DNA of 64,000 nucleotides, from the IMG/VR virus record IMGVR_UViG_3300043539_000496, positions 3,601 through 67,600 of that record, one strand, 5' to 3'. Positions 58,588-64,000 of this stretch are shown here, piece after piece. The notes under the pieces are model-generated. The model did not search any database, was not told where the DNA came from, and was given only the letters and a program-made list of their open reading frames with translations. Each line of letters begins with the position of its first letter. Position 1 is the stretch's first letter. Both the position numbers and the translations under genes were made by a program. This DNA is from a virus.

Positions 58588-60795
58588 CTATTTAATATTT
58601 TTAAATGCAGATTTTTTAAATCCTCTATTCATAGTAGATGTTTTATGACCCATGTGTTTAAATGGACTCTTATTTAATTTAAACAAATTTTCTGACTTTT
58701 GCAAGTTTTTAGCTGCATCATCCATGATTGTTCTTGTTGCAACACCTCTATTTGATTCTTGAATCCTCATGAATGCAACAAGAGCAGCAAAAGAAACTAG
58801 TCTATCCACATTGACTCCATCTGCATATTCTCTCATTTCTTTGATTAACATAGGATCAGGAATCCTCTCTATACCATAGGTAGTTCTAACTACTGTACCA
58901 TCTGGTTTTAATTCTTGATCTAATTCTTCTTTAGTAAATTCTATGGCATAACTAAGAAGATGTGCTTTAAAAAGAGTACCTGTATTTTTCCAACCATATT
59001 CTTGATACACATTATTATTAGAACCTAAATCTTTTAAAAACATAATCTGTCCTTTTGGTACAAGATATTTTTGTTTACGTCTTGCAATCATGTGTTGAAT
59101 AAAATAAGATATGTTATTTTCTACAAGTGCCCATGCATTATACCATTCAATAATAAGTTCTAGTTGTTTATGTGTTTGATTTATATCATCATATCTACCA
59201 CACCAAGCAGCCACTATCTTACCTTGTTCTATGTAAGTCTCTACTTCAGTACCCGTAACTTTTTGCACTCTTATTGGAGCTTTCATTATGTAGATTGAAC
59301 ATAATGATTCTGATGTTGTAGTTTTACCTTCACCTACGGGGTCAATAGATGCATAATATGTTTTACCAAACTCAGGATTTGGAATTGGTCTTTCCCATAC
59401 AACAATACATCCTGTTTTATCTTCAGTCTTTTTGTTTATTGGAAATTGCATTATTGGACTTTTATTACTTTTAGTAACTACAGGCCTTCCCTCTATATCA
59501 GTTGATATATCTAAATATTCATATGCATAGTCTTTTTCTTCAATTCTTCTTTCTTGTGCTGCAAGTAAATGAGGAGGAAATACAGATACTGTTCTGTATG
59601 CAAATGCTTCTTTTATATTTCTAGGATGCTGAGATATACGAAGCTGGTAGTCTTCTGGAGATAACTCATCTTTCCATTGTTTAAACTGTTTTTTTAATGC
59701 TTCTATTGCTTCTTCTACTAATGAATTACCATAATCATCTATGTAAGGAGGCATAGACCATTGTTCAGGAATAAATAAACCTGACATACCTGTAGTACCT
59801 TTATCATCTATTAAATCTGTTTGTACAGCATATATATCTTTAGACAAAGGATTTAATATCATATCCTTTAAAGGATTACACTGAGATAAATCTCCTACAG
59901 ATCCTGCAGCAATAAACATCCCTGTAGTAATTAAACCAGATCTCATTGCCGGTCTCATGTACTCATATGTCTGATCCATCTTAGGAGCAATTCCTGCCTC
60001 CTCATGGAAGAAGTATTTAACTGGACCCCCTACACCATTTGTTGGATCTTTCTCAAATGACATACCTTGTATAGTACCTTTAAGACCAACTTCATTCTTT
60101 CTATCTCCTTTTCTTACCTCAATCTTTTGCTGCCACATCATTACTTTATCCGGTGACATAGGTCTATACCATGCTGTATGTTCATTTAAGAATGCAGCAT
60201 ATTCTTGTAAGAACTTCCAGGATCCTTTCTCATTAATGTAGTCTTTAAGACTTGCACCCATTTTTAAAGTAACCCCTGCCTCAAACCATTGCTGATTTAT
60301 AAACTTACCCATGTGGTAGTAAGAAGATGCAATCTGACGTTTTTTTAATATAGCTGCATGTTTATAGTTAAGTTCTGCAAGAAGTTCATAGAGTGCCAAA
60401 TGATACTGTGCATCTCTGATTTTAGCAAAACCAAAGTTCTGTTCTTCCTTATCAAAAATTGGTAGAAAGTTTAACCACATGTAGTACTCTCTACAAACAA
60501 ACCAGGTTAAATCACCATCTTTAACTATAATACCTTTTCTACATTTAGTCTTTTGGTCATCCCAATAACTTATGTAGTCTTTTGATTTAAAGGGAGCTGT
60601 ACAATATACTCTATCTTTTTTAAATTTTGTTGACTCAGATATGAAAATCTTATTGGTAGTTTCATTAAATTTATATTCTCCTGGTTCTTTAAATACTCCA
60701 AAGATAAACTTAGTGAAGTCCTCTCTGGAATCAAAACTTGTAATTGTCCAGTTTCCATTTTCATAGGTTGGTATATCTTGATAAATTTCACTCAT
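58588..60795 (-). CDS. terL: Terminase large subunit
   Basis: Walker A-like KKRQIASS, Walker B FFHEEAG, nuclease YYASIDP, LVENN, NVDR. Confidence 0.9.
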   Translation of the reverse strand: MSEIYQDIPTYENGNWTITSFDSREDFTKFIFGVFKEPGEYKFNETTNKIFISESTKFKKDRVYCTAPFKSKDYISYWDDQKTKCRKGIIVKDGDLTWFVCREYYMWLNFLPIFDKEEQNFGFAKIRDAQYHLALYELLAELNYKHAAILKKRQIASSYYHMGKFINQQWFEAGVTLKMGASLKDYINEKGSWKFLQEYAAFLNEHTAWYRPMSPDKVMMWQQKIEVRKGDRKNEVGLKGTIQGMSFEKDPTNGVGGPVKYFFHEEAGIAPKMDQTYEYMRPAMRSGLITTGMFIAAGSVGDLSQCNPLKDMILNPLSKDIYAVQTDLIDDKGTTGMSGLFIPEQWSMPPYIDDYGNSLVEEAIEALKKQFKQWKDELSPEDYQLRISQHPRNIKEAFAYRTVSVFPPHLLAAQERRIEEKDYAYEYLDISTDIEGRPVVTKSNKSPIMQFPINKKTEDKTGCIVVWERPIPNPEFGKTYYASIDPVGEGKTTTSESLCSIYIMKAPIRVQKVTGTEVETYIEQGKIVAAWCGRYDDINQTHKQLELIIEWYNAWALVENNISYFIQHMIARRKQKYLVPKGQIMFLKDLGSNNNVYQEYGWKNTGTLFKAHLLSYAIEFTKEELDQELKPDGTVVRTTYGIERIPDPMLIKEMREYADGVNVDRLVSFAALVAFMRIQESNRGVATRTIMDDAAKNLQKSENLFKLNKSPFKHMGHKTSTMNRGFKKSAFKNIK

Positions 60796-61313
60796 TACAT
60801 GTCATATGCTAGTCCTTGTCCACCTCTTACTTTACTTTGTTGTTCCTCTTGAAGATCTTTATAGGCTCCTTTGAAAGACTGTCTAATTGCATCATAGTTT
60901 TTAGCTGCAGCAATCAAAGAGTTAAAGTTACCATCTCTACCTGTAGTAATCTGACTAGTTTCCATATATCTTCCTAATCTATCTAGCATAGATGCAATAC
61001 CTTTGTATGCTCTGGATGTAGGTGTTTCATACATTCTTTCACAGAATCTAAGTGCTGCAAAAATTGTGTCATCTTCAGTAGAGAAATCCCCGTCAATTTG
61101 TTCTAGAATCAATGATTCCTTATCTATGTCTGGTGTAAAGAAAAAGGGATTTAAATCCGGATTTGGACAACACATATAGAATAGATAAAGATATATCTTA
61201 AGATGTTCTTCTGGATATTCATCCATCACATCTTTCAGAGCCTTCAGTGTGTAGCAATGTTCAGTAGGAATAACTACTCCGTTCTGTACATCAAACAATT
61301 TTGTAAAACTCAT
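60795..61313 (-). CDS. Conserved protein upstream of TerL (possible terminase small subunit)
   Basis: Translationally coupled to terL; helical; C-terminal KVRGG. Confidence 0.45.
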   Translation of the reverse strand: MSFTKLFDVQNGVVIPTEHCYTLKALKDVMDEYPEEHLKIYLYLFYMCCPNPDLNPFFFTPDIDKESLILEQIDGDFSTEDDTIFAALRFCERMYETPTSRAYKGIASMLDRLGRYMETSQITTGRDGNFNSLIAAAKNYDAIRQSFKGAYKDLQEEQQSKVRGGQGLAYDM

Positions 61314-62140
61314 TTCTTTTTAATTTTATTTCTGTTATCACTAAGGTAGTGAATAATTGCCAATACCTCATCTACTAAATAAGGTATTGAAATTGGTGTA
61401 ACTTCTTTTACAATAGGTTCTCCATTTTCATCTAACTTACTTATAGGATATCCCCAATTATCTTCTTTTTCTACTTCAAATGTAATATGATGAACAAATA
61501 TTCTTCCTGGTTTTAATTTTGGATTATGCTTCAGTATAATATACATATAAATACTAAGTTGTAATGCATAATGATAAAAATGACAATCATCTAGTGAGTC
61601 TACAGGAAATCCCATTTTTTCAGATTTACCTTCCCAATCTACGTATGATTGCATATCTATTTTTTTATTAGTCTTATAGTCAATGATATTTACTTTACCA
61701 TTGACTACTTCAACTAAATCTGATTGACCACAGATACCGGCTGATCTTAAATAGACCATATGTTCTGGATACACGCCTGGTTCTAGTTTTTGATTAGGTG
61801 CTACTTTAATACCTTCTTTAACTTCAGAAGGTTTAAATACAGGTACAGTAACACCTTCTCTTTCCATAGATGCTAATGAACATAAGTCAACTTCTCTTTG
61901 ATTATGATACCATGTTCCAAGAGTAGTTGATCTGTCACCCTCATTAGTCCAAATCTGTTGTATTAATACAGGATCAATACCAAACCATTTTGAGTTCTTA
62001 TTCTTAGTAACTTTCTCTGCAATTTTCTTTGCATTAAATGGTTTTTTAAAATGGGAAACAAGTGTTGTTACACTTATCCAATCAATGTTACTGTCATCAA
62101 TACTTCTGTAACTATGATCATCTGCATTAAATACAATCAT
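61310..62140 (-). CDS. PD-(D/E)xK (RecB/Cas4-like) nuclease
   Basis: SVTT, GTWYH, GQSDLV, IIDYKT, LQLSIY motifs. Confidence 0.85.
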   Translation of the reverse strand: MIVFNADDHSYRSIDDSNIDWISVTTLVSHFKKPFNAKKIAEKVTKNKNSKWFGIDPVLIQQIWTNEGDRSTTLGTWYHNQREVDLCSLASMEREGVTVPVFKPSEVKEGIKVAPNQKLEPGVYPEHMVYLRSAGICGQSDLVEVVNGKVNIIDYKTNKKIDMQSYVDWEGKSEKMGFPVDSLDDCHFYHYALQLSIYMYIILKHNPKLKPGRIFVHHITFEVEKEDNWGYPISKLDENGEPIVKEVTPISIPYLVDEVLAIIHYLSDNRNKIKKK

Positions 62141-62144
62141 ATTA

Positions 62145-62444
62145 TTAATCTTTAAGGTTATCTAATGCATCTTCTTCTTCTACTGTAGCAATGGCATCCC
62201 ATTTACCAACTGGACAAGAAGAAGCAAGAGATCTAGTTTTAAAATTAAGTGAACATCCACATTCATTACAACATGGAGCAGTACCTTTTACAGCACATTT
62301 TTTTCCTTTATGTTCACATTCATCACAAATAGAATATCTAAGTCTTGCTATTTCTTCTACTGTTTCATCTCTAATTATACTATTAGTTATTCCTTCAACT
62401 ATCTGTTTCCGGTTCTGCCAAATTATCTTGAGAGTATTTTTCAT
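62145..62444 (-). CDS. Small Cys-rich Zn-binding protein (DUF6171-like)
   Basis: R..ICDEC...CNECGC...CPVGKW. Confidence 0.65.
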   Translation of the reverse strand: MKNTLKIIWQNRKQIVEGITNSIIRDETVEEIARLRYSICDECEHKGKKCAVKGTAPCCNECGCSLNFKTRSLASSCPVGKWDAIATVEEEDALDNLKD

Positions 62445-62790
62445 TTTTAAATGTTTTACGTTTTAATAATTCTTCTTCAATTTGCACATGAATTTTTTTT
62501 AAAAGTTCTAATTTTTCTTCTACATTCTTTTTATTATGATAAGCACCAAAAGTAGATGTATCATGATTATTTAAAACTTTTTCATAATGAGGTATTGCCT
62601 TCTTTACCTTTTGTATTTTAATAACAAAGTGACCTAAACCATCTACATTAATTCTTAAGTCACTGATACTACTCATTTTTTTTCTTAATGTTTTATAGTA
62701 GCTTTCTACTAAAGTTTCTACTAAATCTTCAGAAACATCAAACTCTTCTGTTACTTCTTTATATAAACTATTAGCTCTCTTGGGTTTCAT
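62395..62790 (-). CDS. HU/IHF-like DNA-binding protein
   Basis: Two N-terminal helices followed by RINVDGLGHF. Confidence 0.6.
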   Translation of the reverse strand: MKPKRANSLYKEVTEEFDVSEDLVETLVESYYKTLRKKMSSISDLRINVDGLGHFVIKIQKVKKAIPHYEKVLNNHDTSTFGAYHNKKNVEEKLELLKKIHVQIEEELLKRKTFKNEKYSQDNLAEPETDS

Positions 62791-63148
62791 TACCTAAAAA
62801 TTTATAGTCTAATAAAATAGTTCCTTCTGTTTGAATTTTTAAATCTGGATTTAACATAACCAACTTTTTGTTAGTTGGGTCTTTAACCACAAGTCCAGTT
62901 TTCTCAGCTTTATTTACACTATTTCTAACTGTTTGTGGAGTTTTAAATATCCATTCTTCTTCTGAAGATGCATCAAGACAAAAATTACTTAGTTCAATTG
63001 GTTGATTAAAACTTAATAATGTAAGACAGTCTAGATCAGACTCACTCATTGTTATACGATTAATATAACAATGAGTTAAAATCTGAAATTTTACAACATC
63101 CCATTTGGGCATTCTTACCCTCTTTTGTACTTGATTTACAAGTGCCAT
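62771..63148 (-). CDS. Winged-HTH-like protein
   Basis: PQTVRNSVNKAEKTGLV helix-wing pattern. Confidence 0.5.
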   Translation of the reverse strand: MALVNQVQKRVRMPKWDVVKFQILTHCYINRITMSESDLDCLTLLSFNQPIELSNFCLDASSEEEWIFKTPQTVRNSVNKAEKTGLVVKDPTNKKLVMLNPDLKIQTEGTILLDYKFLGNETQES

Positions 63149-63465
63149 TAACCTCTTCTTAGTTTCTTACCTGCAGTTGGTGCTTTTACTGTAGGTTTTG
63201 GTTCTGATACAGAGTCTTCTCTAGATGCATATTCTCTTTCTAGTTCTTCTTCAGAATCTGGAAGATTTGCAGCCATCATGTTGGCATACTGAAACTGCAT
63301 AGTTGCTCTTTGATATCTAGCTTGTTCTACTTCAGTAAGTAATTTTTCATACTTAGCTTGTGCTTCAAGATAAGGAAGAGATTTCTCATAAAATTCTTTC
63401 ATTTCATCTCTTCTTGCTTCTAATTGTTCAGGAGTTAAATCCTCAGTCATTTGTTGGTTTTCCAT
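63148..63465 (-). CDS. Hypothetical coiled-coil protein (alternative start at 63450)
   Basis: 105-aa ORF; AAACCAACAA directly precedes Met6. Confidence 0.65.
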   Translation of the reverse strand: MENQQMTEDLTPEQLEARRDEMKEFYEKSLPYLEAQAKYEKLLTEVEQARYQRATMQFQYANMMAANLPDSEEELEREYASREDSVSEPKPTVKAPTAGKKLRRG

Positions 63466-63486
63466 TTTATATATTTTAAAAGTTTA

Positions 63487-63500
63487 GACAAATATACAAT
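63487..63500 (-). promoter_or_regulatory. Bacteroidota-type -7 promoter element (TAnnTTTG)
   Basis: ATTGTATATTTGTC contains TATATTTG; follows a terminator and precedes the packaging operon. Confidence 0.6.
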
Positions 63501-63528
63501 AAAAGTTTAAACTGGAAATATTTAAAAT

Positions 63529-63559
63529 AAAAAATCCAGGCATACAAAGTACCTGGATT
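63529..63559 (-). terminator. Rho-independent terminator
   Basis: AATCCAGGTA...TGCCTGGATT stem plus T-run. Confidence 0.8.
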
Positions 63560-63577
63560 ACAGTAGTTAGTATATCT

Positions 63578-63736
63578 TTATCTATTCTTAATAGTAAAGT
63601 TCAGAATAGTAAATAAATAAAACTCTCTTGAGATATCTATTTCTAGTGAGAATATATCTAAACTGGATACTCTCAATCTTATCATCAACTTATCCCACTG
63701 CTTTTTTGATGTATTCCAGTTGTTTCTTAGTTTCAT
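63578..63736 (-). CDS. Small protein (52 aa) after the endolysin (not in ORF track)
   Basis: MKLRNNWNTSKKQWDKLMIRLRVSSLDIFSLEIDISREFYLFTILNFTIKNR; starts 1 nt after the amidase stop. Confidence 0.6.
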   Translation of the reverse strand: MKLRNNWNTSKKQWDKLMIRLRVSSLDIFSLEIDISREFYLFTILNFTIKNR

Positions 63737-63737
63737 A

Positions 63738-64000
63738 TCACAAGCTTAATAACATATCAATTAACTCTTGCTGCGGGAACATGTCTACTTTACCTCTTAG
63801 TACATTAGTATGAGAATACATTCCTGGTGTAGAATTAGCTCTAGCCAAATCTAGCACATCAAATCCATCAGCACCTTTAGCTTTAATATATTCTACTAAA
63901 CCTACTCTAGGATCAATATTATATCTTTCAGCTACAAATAGTATCCATTGTTTTAATGTAGTTATTTGAGCATCTGAGTATTTATGCCAAAACTGAAAAC
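63738..64000 (-). CDS. N-acetylmuramoyl-L-alanine amidase (endolysin), C-terminal part
   Basis: Hand translation ...HKYSDAQITTLK...GMYSHTNVLRGKVDMFPQQELIDMLLSL*; the Y..AQ...L and SH....K.D.P motifs resemble Amidase_2. Confidence 0.75.
   Translation of the reverse strand, partial: FQFWHKYSDAQITTLKQWILFVAERYNIDPRVGLVEYIKAKGADGFDVLDLARANSTPGMYSHTNVLRGKVDMFPQQELIDMLLSL

Noticed and set aside
2932-60791. Short nested minus-strand ORFs (2932..3117, 7252..7482, 14821..15009, 53779..53973, 60570..60791)
   Set aside because: Out-of-frame inside larger genes, with no motifs or independent initiation signals seen
52820-60795. Introns or inteins in MCP, portal or terminase
   Set aside because: ORFs are continuous and of plausible length, with no intein or homing-endonuclease motifs noticed
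61310-62140. Cas4/CRISPR system
   Set aside because: It is a solo PD-(D/E)xK nuclease; no repeat-spacer array or other cas genes were seen
1777-63813. All plus-strand ORFs in the track (e.g. 3750..4022, 22294..22635, 50810..51175, 55945..56313)
   Set aside because: They are antisense shadows of longer or well-packed minus-strand genes, with implausible F/L/S/I-rich composition
1-64000. Stop-codon reassignment as in some crAss-like phages
   Set aside because: Long genes are intact in the standard code, and TAG (35726, 46129, 58588) and TGA (37446, 50071) end genes immediately before the next start or a terminator
1-64000. tRNA genes or diversity-generating retroelement repeats
   Set aside because: Intergenic gaps are short, and I noticed no cloverleaf, reverse transcriptase or long near-identical repeat pair by eye; tRNAscan-SE and a self dot-plot would confirm

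Overview
This AT-rich window is the virion-morphogenesis region of a large crAss-like (Crassvirales-related) phage, probably infecting Bacteroidota. Essentially all real genes are on the minus strand and read with the standard code. In transcription order (right to left) it holds: an amidase endolysin (partial), small HTH/HU/Zn-finger genes, a PD-(D/E)xK nuclease, terminase, portal, putative scaffold, major capsid protein, an array of ten tiny Lys-rich genes, a ring-type protein, a ferritin, a Cys-rich fibre/decoration block containing a trypsin-like protease, IHF-like and tail ring/muzzle genes, then about 30 kb of very large putative cargo/ejection proteins, the last running off the left edge. 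Three signals stand out. (1) A two-hairpin RNA element at 38068-38135 has an exposed loop that is the exact antisense of an AAACCAACAA motif at the start codons of four genes. (2) A short '..Y-A-x-G-G / K-x-G-G' tag punctuates the mosaic cargo proteins and recurs in the basic microproteins. (3) Several modules are shuffled among the cargo proteins. Product calls rest on visible motifs and recalled crAss-like gene order; no database searches were run.
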